Positions 18,701 to 26,039 of a stretch of 26,981 bases of DNA are shown here, in pieces; the stretch's first letter is position 1; each line of letters begins with the position of its first letter. The notes under the pieces were generated by a model. That model was not told the DNA's origin and did not search any database. It worked only from the letters and a program-made list of their open reading frames with translations. Position numbers and translations under genes: made by a program. This DNA is from Myxococcota bacterium (lineage in GTDB: Bacteria > Myxococcota > XYA12-FULL-58-9 > JALHOP01): the NCBI GenBank assembly GCA_041288095.1, contig JBGGMJ010000198.1:1-26981 (forward strand), written 5' to 3'.

Positions 18701-19535
18701 GGCTGGAGGCGTTGACGAAGACCTCGGGTGGCGTCGGCGTGTCGATGACGACGTTGCCCGACGGCGTTTGCGTGTCGAGCGCGAGAGCCAGTGGGACGGC
18801 TGCGACGTTGCCCGCGGCGTCGGCGAGCAGAATCTGAAGCAGCTTGGAGCCGTCGCCCGGGGTCAGCGTCACCGGCAGCGTTTCGGCATAGGAGACCTCG
18901 AGGGTCGCTGGCAGATCGCCGCTCACCGTGGCACTCGCCGGCACCTCGCCGCCGGCGGGGAGGATCGGCCGCAGGGTGATCGCCAAAACATCCACCCAGG
19001 TAACGCCGCTCGCCACGACCGCTTCGTCGACATCGATGCCGTCGACGATCGGCGCGGTGTAGTCGAGCGTGACGGTGCCGATGGTGGCATCGCGGGTGAC
19101 GCGACCCTGCGCATCGGCGAAGGTGCCGCGGATCGTGGCGTCGCCCTCCGCTTCGCCGCCCGTGGTCTCGTACGAGAAGACGAAAGGCCCGGTTGAGCCG
19201 CCGGATTCGTAAACGAGCGCGCCCGCGAAGGCGCCGCTCACGATGCTCAACGTCGGCGCTCCGATGAGCGCGTGATCCGTCGAGAACTCGACCCTGATGC
19301 GGCGGTTGGCGCCGGCGACCGGAGGGGTGATCGACGGAGTGCCCGCGACCTGCGCCCCGTCACCGGTCGCTGGCGTCGTCGGCAAGCACAGACCCAGTCC
19401 GCCATCGCAGACATAGCCGTTGGGACAAGCCGGGGTTTGGACGCTACAGGTCACCAGCGCGGAGCTGGGGACACCGAGGTCGGCAAGACAGGCGGGGAGG
19501 GTAAGTAAAGCGAGGACCGGGGCGCGTAATCGCAT
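15720..19535 (-). CDS. Large surface lipoprotein: Cys-rich N-terminus, Ig-like repeats, beta-propeller-like region, C-terminal proprotein convertase P-domain
   Basis: Lipobox in MRLRAPVLALLTLPAC (start 19535); DxxGN Ig-like ends; PxxxGxxVVW-type repeats; C-terminal LRVHVRVTH...L.LVSPAG...GTWQLEVAD...GTLTSWRL. Confidence 0.8.
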   Translation of the reverse strand: MRLRAPVLALLTLPACLADLGVPSSALVTCSVQTPACPNGYVCDGGLGLCLPTTPATGDGAQVAGTPSITPPVAGANRRIRVEFSTDHALIGAPTLSIVSGAFAGALVYESGGSTGPFVFSYETTGGEAEGDATIRGTFADAQGRVTRDATIGTVTLDYTAPIVDGIDVDEAVVASGVTWVDVLAITLRPILPAGGEVPASATVSGDLPATLEVSYAETLPVTLTPGDGSKLLQILLADAAGNVAAVPLALALDTQTPSGNVVIDTPTPPEVFVNASSLTVFFHSMVPVPDDFDGYVYSTDGTTWTSTSTLGALALATLAQDATTTLWIRERDVFGNMTSPAAQGVLSIHEDSQPPSAPHAFTEIVSGLLTSEVGVLLGASREPGGGLVTYEILGGPYADYTAVATEPRIVLPGAASGSSTVYVIRGVDRAGNPSTGVTVTVADTPLRALPNACVNCTYSDFHAGSGLATFTTQNFTTNQTQPACGSAPEVCRNHELNLCRRASADALECSSKIVYTNRSGNFMLQAPNMGGLVLAFADLSTQLSPVIKAMYVGADEALSTVDDGAIVTIGNGIVGSTCQTGTPTGVFFGNGSNANRLTFYNYGADRRPDIMDAGQGAVVVSAASSVFGFHPCKLQASARHVLWTDQRSGTRDYVFNLGNDGKPGGGYDGGEWLIPPGDNVLLGDDRILIDVGGGDWDIYDTGPDHVFGNGDDLPVVHLYDIPTLTAANGDKAFFTSFTSTADGMRDLTTGTTLPLTNAAFTGGDLGSVSASGTMIIGGLTYPGLQARPATYSVHGEPLTFQVADSSGEGGPSGTLAGRFYAFLDANERRPVFLNAEAGGFLRLEPNVTTLADMDVDDDGYFVWIDQPGGTVMIYYAGADGIPGTSDDKGPTQLAGPGTFHWPRVDAGVVVWGDLSLDPSGNWFDGNLDSRLKGVALGPDGWVGGGDDTPYDFTVAGTRAVSPDISLGNIVYADYADDPNDLCDGTRGSAPDTNCMPSIATFPIGGARTVIAAGGMSRADLRIEGNIVLYSELNGDWDVRMHTLGGATVSITASPTDERLPVLVGDSLAYYAEQPTPTLDGVLGIFGVFVVNRGPDLAFGTSDDIVRHRPANITPRACGDACANWDANVGWFDGEVTASGGGLMPVDTPFDTAVGGTGLALVDNGTFTNSATLAAPPWQRVEDLRVHVRVTHAVPSQLELRLVSPAGERLILSSSVTGVAGVVDVTYTVENAPTLFGLHGDPVAGTWQLEVADRVAGTTGTLTSWRLEHRR

Positions 19536-19585
19536 GCGGCGGGGAGCATGCGCGCAGGGGCGGGGGCTCCGCAATGACCAGCGTC

Positions 19586-19621
19586 ACACCGGGCGTCGCG
19601 TTTGCCGCGACGCCCGGGTGT
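19586..19621 (-). terminator. Strong GC hairpin downstream of the OmpA/MotB gene
   Basis: CCGGGCGTCGCG (19589-600) / CGCGACGCCCGG (19606-17) form a perfect 12-bp stem, loop GCAAA on the minus strand; no U-tract. Confidence 0.55.
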
Positions 19622-19632
19622 AAGCGCTCGAG

Positions 19633-20445
19633 CTACTTGCCGACGTTTTCGAAGCCGGGCAGCTCGTCGAGCTTCGGCATGAAGACGATCTCGACGCGGC
19701 GGTTCTGCGTCTTGTTCTCCACCGTGTCGTTGGCGACCAGCGGGTCGAACTCGCCGTTACCCGCGGCGGAGATATTCGCCGCCGGGACGCCGGCTTGCAC
19801 CATCAGCTTGGTGACCTCGACGGCGCGCTGGGTCGAAAGCTCCCAGTTCGACGGGAAGCGGGCGGTCTTGATGGGCGCACCGTCCGTGTGACCCACGACC
19901 TGGAACTTACGGTCCGGGAACTCCTTGATCGTCTGTGCGAGCTGCTCGATCGCGGCCTTGGCTTCGGGCTTGATGATGATGCCGCCCGGTGGGAAGACGA
20001 CGTCGCTCGACATCTGCACGACCATGCGGCCGTTGCGGATCTTCACCTGCAGGGTGCCGGCGTCGATCATCTTGTTCAGCTTCTCCATGACCTTGCGGTA
20101 CTCGGCGTTGCACTGCTCGGCGCTGGCGCGCAGGCGGCGGAGCTCTTCGACTTCCTTGGCCAGGGCGGCCTTCTCGTCACTGACGGCCGCCTTGGAGGCG
20201 GTGAGCTCTTCGACGTTCTGACCGAGGGCCGTGAGCTTCGAGACCATCTGCGCGTTTTGATCGCGCGTCTTCACCAGGTCGGCATCGCAGGCGCCGCTCT
20301 TCGTCTGGCAGCCGGCGAGATCGTTTTTGAGCTGATCGCGCTCTTTGACGACGGCTTCGTGGGTGCCGCTGCCTACGCACGCGGTTGCAAGGATGGCAGC
20401 AAGGCCGAAAGCGCTGCCGGAAAGGACATTTGAACGGATCTTCAC
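19633..20445 (-). CDS. OmpA/MotB-like peptidoglycan-binding lipoprotein with coiled coil
   Basis: GHTD, FPSNWELSTQRA and NRRVEI; lipobox LATAC; GTG start at 20445 with GGGAGG SD. Confidence 0.9.
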   Translation of the reverse strand: MKIRSNVLSGSAFGLAAILATACVGSGTHEAVVKERDQLKNDLAGCQTKSGACDADLVKTRDQNAQMVSKLTALGQNVEELTASKAAVSDEKAALAKEVEELRRLRASAEQCNAEYRKVMEKLNKMIDAGTLQVKIRNGRMVVQMSSDVVFPPGGIIIKPEAKAAIEQLAQTIKEFPDRKFQVVGHTDGAPIKTARFPSNWELSTQRAVEVTKLMVQAGVPAANISAAGNGEFDPLVANDTVENKTQNRRVEIVFMPKLDELPGFENVGK

Positions 20446-20499
20446 AGTGCCTCCCAAAGGGGTTTGTAGGGCGTCAACTAACGAAGTTGCGAGAGCCGC

Positions 20500-20527
20500 G
20501 CAACTTCGATGGGGGTGTTGCCGATAG
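20500..20527 (+). promoter_or_regulatory. Putative sigma28-like promoter of the orphan helical gene
   Basis: GCAA(20500-03)-N16-GCCGATAG(20520-27); the -35 lies inside a perfect 10-bp inverted repeat. Confidence 0.65.
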
Positions 20528-20563
20528 TGAGATCAAGAAAGACGAACACGGGGGAGTATTGCC

Positions 20564-21106
20564 ATGTCGGCACTCGCACACGAAACGCGCAACGCAGAAG
20601 CAGCCCAGAACATTGGGGCGGCACAAGCCCGTGCAGTCGACAACTACATGTCGGCGGTGTCGTCCGCCTCCCAGCTCGCGGACATCGGTGAGCTCGAAAA
20701 GGCGATACGCCTCCTGCGCCGCAGCCTCACCTCGGCCAAGAAGGCCGGCTGCATGCTCGACTACGCGGCGCTCGAACATCGCGCCCTCATCATGCAGCGC
20801 GAAGGGTACATCGCGGCCGTCGATCGCCAGCTCGATCGCGCCGAACGCCGAGCCGCCAAGGGTGAGCTTGCCGAGGTCGAATCGTCGGTCACGTTGCTGG
20901 AAGAGTACGCGGTCAAGGCACGTGAGCTGGGTGGCGTCGTCGTCATCGACAGCGCGCGCGTCGACGCGGCGCTCGCCAAGGCACGTCAGCTCGCCGCCGT
21001 CACCGCGGAGCGCGATCGCATCATCTCCGAGCACCTGAACAAGGTCGGCGAAGCCTTCTTGTCGCTCTACGAAGCGGCGACCGGCGATCCTTCTTCCGAC
21101 AAGTAA
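20564..21106 (+). CDS. Hypothetical all-alpha/coiled-coil protein
   Basis: GGGGAG SD; Ala/Glu/Arg-rich helical sequence; no recognised family. Confidence 0.75.
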   Translation: MSALAHETRNAEAAQNIGAAQARAVDNYMSAVSSASQLADIGELEKAIRLLRRSLTSAKKAGCMLDYAALEHRALIMQREGYIAAVDRQLDRAERRAAKGELAEVESSVTLLEEYAVKARELGGVVVIDSARVDAALAKARQLAAVTAERDRIISEHLNKVGEAFLSLYEAATGDPSSDK

Positions 21107-21133
21107 ACCCGTTTGCGGCTATAACCGGGTCCC

Positions 21134-22384
21134 GTGAGCGACAGCACCTTCCATCCGTTTCGCGCGGTACCGCGCACCGGCGTCATCTTCGTTAGCGAGG
21201 AAGCCGCCAAGCGTGGCTTCCGCCCAGGCGACGCGACCTGGAGCAATCTCGGCCAAGGTCAGCCGGAGAGCGGTCCGCTGGACGGCGCCCCCGAGAGGCC
21301 GAGCTCGTTGCCGCTGCTCGCCGACGATTTCGAGTACGCACCGGTCGGCGGCCTGCGCGAGCTGCGTGAGGCGGTGGCCAACCTCTACAACACGATCTAC
21401 CGGCCGAACGCGCGCTCGAAATACAGCGCGGAGAACGTCGCAATCGCGGGCGGCGGCCGTGTGGCGCTGACGCGCGTGTTGAGCGCGGTCGGGCAAGTGA
21501 ACGTCGGCCATTTCCTCCCGGACTACACGGCGTACGAAGAGCTGCTCGACGTCTTTCGCGCCTTTCATCCGACGCCGATCATGCTGGAGCCCAAGGCTCA
21601 GTATGTGTTCGGAGCCAACGAGCTCGAGCGTGAGATCATGGGCCGCGGCTTGGGCGCGGTGTTGCTGTCGAACCCCTGCAACCCCACGGGGCGCGTCATC
21701 GCTGGGTCCGCGCTGGCGGACTACGTGCGGGTCTCACGCGAGACCGGGTGCGCTCTCATCGCCGACGAGTTTTACGGCAACTACATCTATTCGCAGGACG
21801 GCGCGACGCGGACCGTTAGCGCCGCCGAGTTCGTCGACGACGTCGATCGCGACCCAATCGTCATCTTGAACGGCCTCACCAAGTGTTGGCGCTTTCCCGG
21901 CTGGCGCGTCAGCTGGGTCATCGGGCCACGGCCGCTCATCGAAGCGGTCAACAGCGCCGGCAGCTTCCTCGACGGCGGCGGGGCGCGTCCGCTACAGCGG
22001 GCAGCGATCGAGCTGGTGTCGCCGGAGCGCTTCTCGCGCGAGACCGAGGTCGTGCAGAAGGTCTTCGGCGCCAAGCGTGCGTTGGTCCTCGACGCGCTCC
22101 AGTCGATGGGCGTGCAGGTCGAAGCGCCGCCACAAGGCACCTTCTACGTTTGGGCGAGCCTTGCCTCGTTACCGGGGCCGCTGGCGGATGGCATGGAATT
22201 GTTCCGCCGTGCCTTGGCGCGCAACGTCATCGTCATCCCTGGGGAGTTCTTCGACGTGAATCCCGGCAAGCGACGCAACCGCCGCCGTTTCCAGAACTAC
22301 GTGCGCATTTCGTTCGGGCCCGCCAAAGCGGAGGTCGAACGCGGCCTCTCGGTGCTGGGCGATCTCATCCGTGAGCACCGCTGA
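21134..22384 (+). CDS. PLP-dependent aminotransferase class I/II
   Basis: NLGQGQPE, SNPCNPTG, ADEFY, GLTKCWRFPGWR (PLP Lys) and YVRISFG. Confidence 0.92.
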   Translation: MSDSTFHPFRAVPRTGVIFVSEEAAKRGFRPGDATWSNLGQGQPESGPLDGAPERPSSLPLLADDFEYAPVGGLRELREAVANLYNTIYRPNARSKYSAENVAIAGGGRVALTRVLSAVGQVNVGHFLPDYTAYEELLDVFRAFHPTPIMLEPKAQYVFGANELEREIMGRGLGAVLLSNPCNPTGRVIAGSALADYVRVSRETGCALIADEFYGNYIYSQDGATRTVSAAEFVDDVDRDPIVILNGLTKCWRFPGWRVSWVIGPRPLIEAVNSAGSFLDGGGARPLQRAAIELVSPERFSRETEVVQKVFGAKRALVLDALQSMGVQVEAPPQGTFYVWASLASLPGPLADGMELFRRALARNVIVIPGEFFDVNPGKRRNRRRFQNYVRISFGPAKAEVERGLSVLGDLIREHR

Positions 22385-22387
22385 GCC

Positions 22388-23971
22388 ATGGTCCGCACAC
22401 TCGCCGTCTTCCTGCTCGTCCTCCAGGCTGCTTGCGCCGGAGGCATGCGTCAATCTCGGCAGGCCGAGGCCGACGCGGCTCCGATCCTCGGTTACATCAA
22501 GGACGGTTGGCGCACGCTGACGCGCACGCACAAGGACATCGTCGCGGCGGCTGAAGATCCGAAGCTCAGCCACGGCGCCCCCTGGTTGGTCTACGCCCCG
22601 GAGGGTGACCTCGAAGCGGCGAGCACGCTGGTACGCGCGGCCTTGGGGGAGAAGAGCGGTCAAATCGAGGTGCGCGCTCTCGGCAGCGAGGTCACCGAGC
22701 CGGGGCTCTTGTATCTGCCCAATCCGTACGTCGTTCCCGGCGGCCGCTTCAACGAGATGTACGGCTGGGACAGCTACTTCATCCTCTTGGGCCTGCTCCG
22801 CGATAACGAAGTGGATCTGGCGCGGGGCATGGTCGAGAACTTCGTCTACCAGATCGATCACTACGGCACGATCCTCAACGCCAACCGCACCTACTATCTG
22901 ACGCGCTCGCAGCCGCCATTCCTGACGCGCATGGTCCTCGAGATCTACGCGCGCACGCAGGACCGCGCTTGGCTCGCCGCGACGATGCCCGCGATTCAGA
23001 AGTACTACGACTTCTGGACGGCGCCGCCACACGCGATCCCCGGGCTGGGGTTGTCGCGATACTACGATCGCGGCATTGGCCCAGCGCCCGAGGTCGTGTC
23101 GGGCGAGATCGAGAACGGCCTCACGCACTACGAGCGCGTCCGCGCCGAGTACAAGGCGCATCCGGAGCTGGTGGAAGGTTATCCTCTGGCCGACATGTAC
23201 GACGCGGCGACCGATACGCTCTTGCCGGAGTTCTACGTGGGCGACCGCTCGATGCGCGAGTCCGGCTTCGACCCCTCGGGCCGCTTCGGCACCTTCAACA
23301 TCGGGGTGACCCGCTACGCGCCGGTCTGTCTCAACACCTTGCTCTGGCAGATGGAGCGCGACACCGCCGACATCGCCGAGATCGTGGGCGCCGACCCAAC
23401 GCCATGGCGGACACTCGCGGACCAGCGCCGCGCCGCCATCGATGCGACGCTCTGGGACGAGGCCCGCGGCTTGTACTTCGACGCCGATGTCAGCAACGGC
23501 CAGCGCCGCGACTATCCCTTCGCCACCGCGTTTTTTCCGCTCTGGGCCGGCGTCGCGAGCCAAGCGCAGGCCGACAAGGTGGTCGGAAACCTCGCGATCT
23601 TCGAGCGCGCGGGCGGCATCGTCACCAGTCCCAAAAACACCGGTGCCCAGTGGGACGCGCCTTTCGGCTGGGCACCGCTACAGATCGTCGCCATCGAGGG
23701 CCTGCGGCGCTACGGCTACATCGCCGAAGCAGACCGCCTGAGCGTCGCCTTCCTGTCGCTCGTGCTGCAGGAGTTCAAGGAGCACGACGCCATCTTCGAG
23801 AAATACGATGTCGAGGCCCGCGACTCGGCCGTCGCCGCCAACGTCAAGTTCGGCTACAGCGCCAACGTCATCGGCTTCGGTTGGACCAACGCCGCCTGGA
23901 CGACTCTTTGGGACAAGCTCAGCACGGGCGCGAAGAAGAAAGTCATCGCAGCGGCCGGTGGTTCCCGCTAG
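22388..23971 (+). CDS. Alpha,alpha-trehalase (GH37), exported/lipoprotein
   Basis: PYVVPGGRFNEMYGWDSYF, NANRTYYLTRSQPP, RESGFD, QWDAPFGWAP, EKYD and GFGWTN; signal ending LQAAC. Confidence 0.95.
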   Translation: MVRTLAVFLLVLQAACAGGMRQSRQAEADAAPILGYIKDGWRTLTRTHKDIVAAAEDPKLSHGAPWLVYAPEGDLEAASTLVRAALGEKSGQIEVRALGSEVTEPGLLYLPNPYVVPGGRFNEMYGWDSYFILLGLLRDNEVDLARGMVENFVYQIDHYGTILNANRTYYLTRSQPPFLTRMVLEIYARTQDRAWLAATMPAIQKYYDFWTAPPHAIPGLGLSRYYDRGIGPAPEVVSGEIENGLTHYERVRAEYKAHPELVEGYPLADMYDAATDTLLPEFYVGDRSMRESGFDPSGRFGTFNIGVTRYAPVCLNTLLWQMERDTADIAEIVGADPTPWRTLADQRRAAIDATLWDEARGLYFDADVSNGQRRDYPFATAFFPLWAGVASQAQADKVVGNLAIFERAGGIVTSPKNTGAQWDAPFGWAPLQIVAIEGLRRYGYIAEADRLSVAFLSLVLQEFKEHDAIFEKYDVEARDSAVAANVKFGYSANVIGFGWTNAAWTTLWDKLSTGAKKKVIAAAGGSR

Positions 23972-23978
23972 CTGTACC

Positions 23979-24014
23979 GAAGTGAGTGACCCCAACGGGA
24001 ATCGAACCCGTGTT
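23979..24014 (-). repeat. 36-nt direct repeat of the tRNA-Glu 3' end plus 8 nt of trailer
   Basis: GAAGTGAGTGACCCCAACGGGAATCGAACCCGTGTT is identical at 23979-24014 and 24063-24098 (84-nt offset). Confidence 0.95.
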
Positions 24015-24070
24015 GTCGACGCGAAGCGGAGACGAAAGAAAACGTCGCCACGCGAAAACACGGAAGTGAG

Positions 24071-24143
24071 TGACCCCAACGGGAATCGAACCCGTGTTTT
24101 CGCCGTGAGAGGGCGACGTCCTAGACCGCTAGACGATGGGGCC
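24071..24143 (-). tRNA. tRNA-Glu (anticodon CTC), CCA not encoded
   Basis: GGCCCCA/TGGGGTC acceptor stem, TCGCC-CTCTCAC-GGCGA anticodon arm and GGTTCGATTCC T-loop; 73 nt. Confidence 0.96.
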
Positions 24144-24158
24144 TGAAACGGAGCCGGC

Positions 24159-24187
24159 TTGCTAACATCCCGGAGCGGGGCTGTAAA
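24159..24187 (-). promoter_or_regulatory. Putative sigma70 promoter of the tRNA
   Basis: On the minus strand, TTTACA-N17-TAGCAA with a TG extended -10, a GC-rich discriminator and an upstream T-tract. Confidence 0.55.
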
Positions 24188-24214
24188 TCCAAAAAAAGCC
24201 GGGCTTCGTTTTGC

Positions 24215-25105
24215 CTAGAGCTTCGTGCCTTGGGCCTCGTCGTACAGGCGTCCGCGGTCGGACATGCCGAGACCCAGGCGGAAGCTGCTGTTACCGCGCT
24301 CGTAGCGCGAGAGCATCTCGCCGTAGCCGGTGAAGTACTGCGCGTACAGGTAGACGTTGAGCGGCCAGATCATCGCCGCCAGGGAGCCACGGCTCGGGTG
24401 CCACTTCGCGTCGATCTGCATGGCCCCCTTGTCGAGGCCACCCTTGAAGCCCTTGCGGACCATCACGTTGATGTCGCCGTAGCCGTACCAGCGCCCGGTA
24501 TCTTCACGGCCGGCCGTCAAGGTCAGCTCTCCGGGGCCCGTGAAATCGGGCTGCGACGGGTTTTCGCTGATGCCCCACGGGTAACCCCAGACATGTAGCG
24601 TCGCGCCGATGTAGTTGCCGTCCGCGAAAGCGCACAGGCCGGTGACTTCGGCGTAGGTGCGGTTCAACGACTTCGACGTGCGGTCGGCCTTGCCGTTCGA
24701 CTCGTGCTCGACCGCGATGCGCTCGCGGTACAAGCCGCACCCCGGGCGCAGCTCTTCATCGGGCGCGTAGTGCATGTGCGCGTAGAAGAGCTCCGGGTTG
24801 TAGTTCGCCTCCTCGAAAGGAAACGACTTGTCGTAGAGCCGCCACAGCGACCGCTCGCTGAACGCCAAGTAGACGGCGTGCGGGCCGCCGGTTTCGTCGT
24901 TGCTCGCCCACAGCTCGTACTTCAGGCTGATCTGGAATTTGACCTGATCGTTCTCGTTGAAGCCGAGCAAGAAGTAGTTTGGCTTGTAGGCCGACAAGAA
25001 CTGGTGCCACGGCCGCTTTAGCGGCGCGGGCTCGACCTCCTGTGCGCGCGCGGGCTCGACCGCGCCGAGCAGTCCGACAAGGAGGGATAACGCGATGACT
25101 TTCAT
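24215..25105 (-). CDS. pldA: Outer membrane phospholipase A1 (OMPLA/PldA family)
   Basis: Signal MKVIALSLL...ARA; YKPNYF, VKFQISLK, NYNPELFY, HESNG...SKSLNR catalytic motif and QYFTGYGE. Confidence 0.9.
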   Translation of the reverse strand: MKVIALSLLVGLLGAVEPARAQEVEPAPLKRPWHQFLSAYKPNYFLLGFNENDQVKFQISLKYELWASNDETGGPHAVYLAFSERSLWRLYDKSFPFEEANYNPELFYAHMHYAPDEELRPGCGLYRERIAVEHESNGKADRTSKSLNRTYAEVTGLCAFADGNYIGATLHVWGYPWGISENPSQPDFTGPGELTLTAGREDTGRWYGYGDINVMVRKGFKGGLDKGAMQIDAKWHPSRGSLAAMIWPLNVYLYAQYFTGYGEMLSRYERGNSSFRLGLGMSDRGRLYDEAQGTKL

Positions 25106-25145
25106 GCGGGGGTGGCGGGAGATACCACTACCGCGCCGCGGGGCT

Positions 25146-26039
25146 CTAGTCGCTGGGGCCGCGGCCCATGAGAGCGTCGACGATGTCTTCCACCTCGGCG
25201 CCGCTGCTGATCGGGCGCGCGTCGGCATGCGGTAGGCGCCCGTAAGGGTCTAGCTTGTTGAACACGAGCCGTTGCTTGTCCGCGAGCGTCGGGAGGACCG
25301 CGAGCGGCGCGAGCGCGGCACAGTCGCCCGTCGCCGGCTTTGCGGGGTCGTCGAAGGCGTAGACCGCGAACCTGTAGCCGATGAGGGCCAGCTTGGCGAG
25401 GCGGTCCTCGATGCTGGCGCGGCGGGCGCCGCTGATGTCTTTCAGGTCGTCGCGGAAGGTGGCGCGCTTCTTCTCGACCTCGGCCGCGGCCCGCGTTGCT
25501 CTTTCGGCTTCGTCCTTCGCTTCGGCGTGACGCGTCTGCGCCGCGGTTCGGAGGCTCGAGCACTCCGCGTCGGCGGATTGGATGTTGGTCACGGCTTCGG
25601 CGAAGCGGGCACGGCTGGGGGCCGACAGAGCCGCCGTCGCACCCGCCAGCGCCGCGGTGTCGAGTCGCGTCTTCAAGCCCGCGAGTATCGCAATAGCGGA
25701 GGCGCGCGCCGCGTCGTAGGGTGTGAACAGCTCCTCCCAGCGATGCGGTGCCAACTGCAGAAGGTAAGAGTTGTTCGGGAGCCTGCGGTGCACGTCCTTC
25801 AGCGTTTCGAGGAGCAGTGCGCTCTGGGCGAAGGCGCGGTTCGCCTCCACGATGTTGGGATCGACCGGCGTCGGTGGCGTCTTGTCGAACCACGAAGCCC
25901 AGAAACCGCGCTGCGGTGCCTCGGTGGTGACCAGCGCCGTGCTCGACGTGGGCAGTGGCTCGAGCGCGGGCACCGCTTCGGACGAGCTTCCGACCGGCAC
26001 GAGCGCTTGTGCCCTCACGGTGTCTGCGATGCTGGCCAT
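25146..26039 (-). CDS. Hypothetical protein, paralog of the adjacent upstream gene
   Basis: Start MASIADTV overlaps the upstream stop (TAATG), with AGGAG upstream; shares several sequence blocks with 26039..26981. Confidence 0.75.
   Translation of the reverse strand: MASIADTVRAQALVPVGSSSEAVPALEPLPTSSTALVTTEAPQRGFWASWFDKTPPTPVDPNIVEANRAFAQSALLLETLKDVHRRLPNNSYLLQLAPHRWEELFTPYDAARASAIAILAGLKTRLDTAALAGATAALSAPSRARFAEAVTNIQSADAECSSLRTAAQTRHAEAKDEAERATRAAAEVEKKRATFRDDLKDISGARRASIEDRLAKLALIGYRFAVYAFDDPAKPATGDCAALAPLAVLPTLADKQRLVFNKLDPYGRLPHADARPISSGAEVEDIVDALMGRGPSD

Noticed and set aside
19633..20445. Flagellar stator MotB
   Set aside because: It has a lipobox rather than the MotB TM helix with conserved Asp, and there is no adjacent motA; it is a stand-alone OmpA/MotB-like lipoprotein.
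23979..24062. Second tRNA gene
   Set aside because: Only the T-arm and 3' acceptor strand are present; no D-arm, anticodon arm or 5' acceptor strand.
23979..24098. 36-nt repeat with 48-nt spacer as a mini CRISPR array
   Set aside because: Only two copies, the repeat is the tRNA 3' end, and there are no cas genes in the window.
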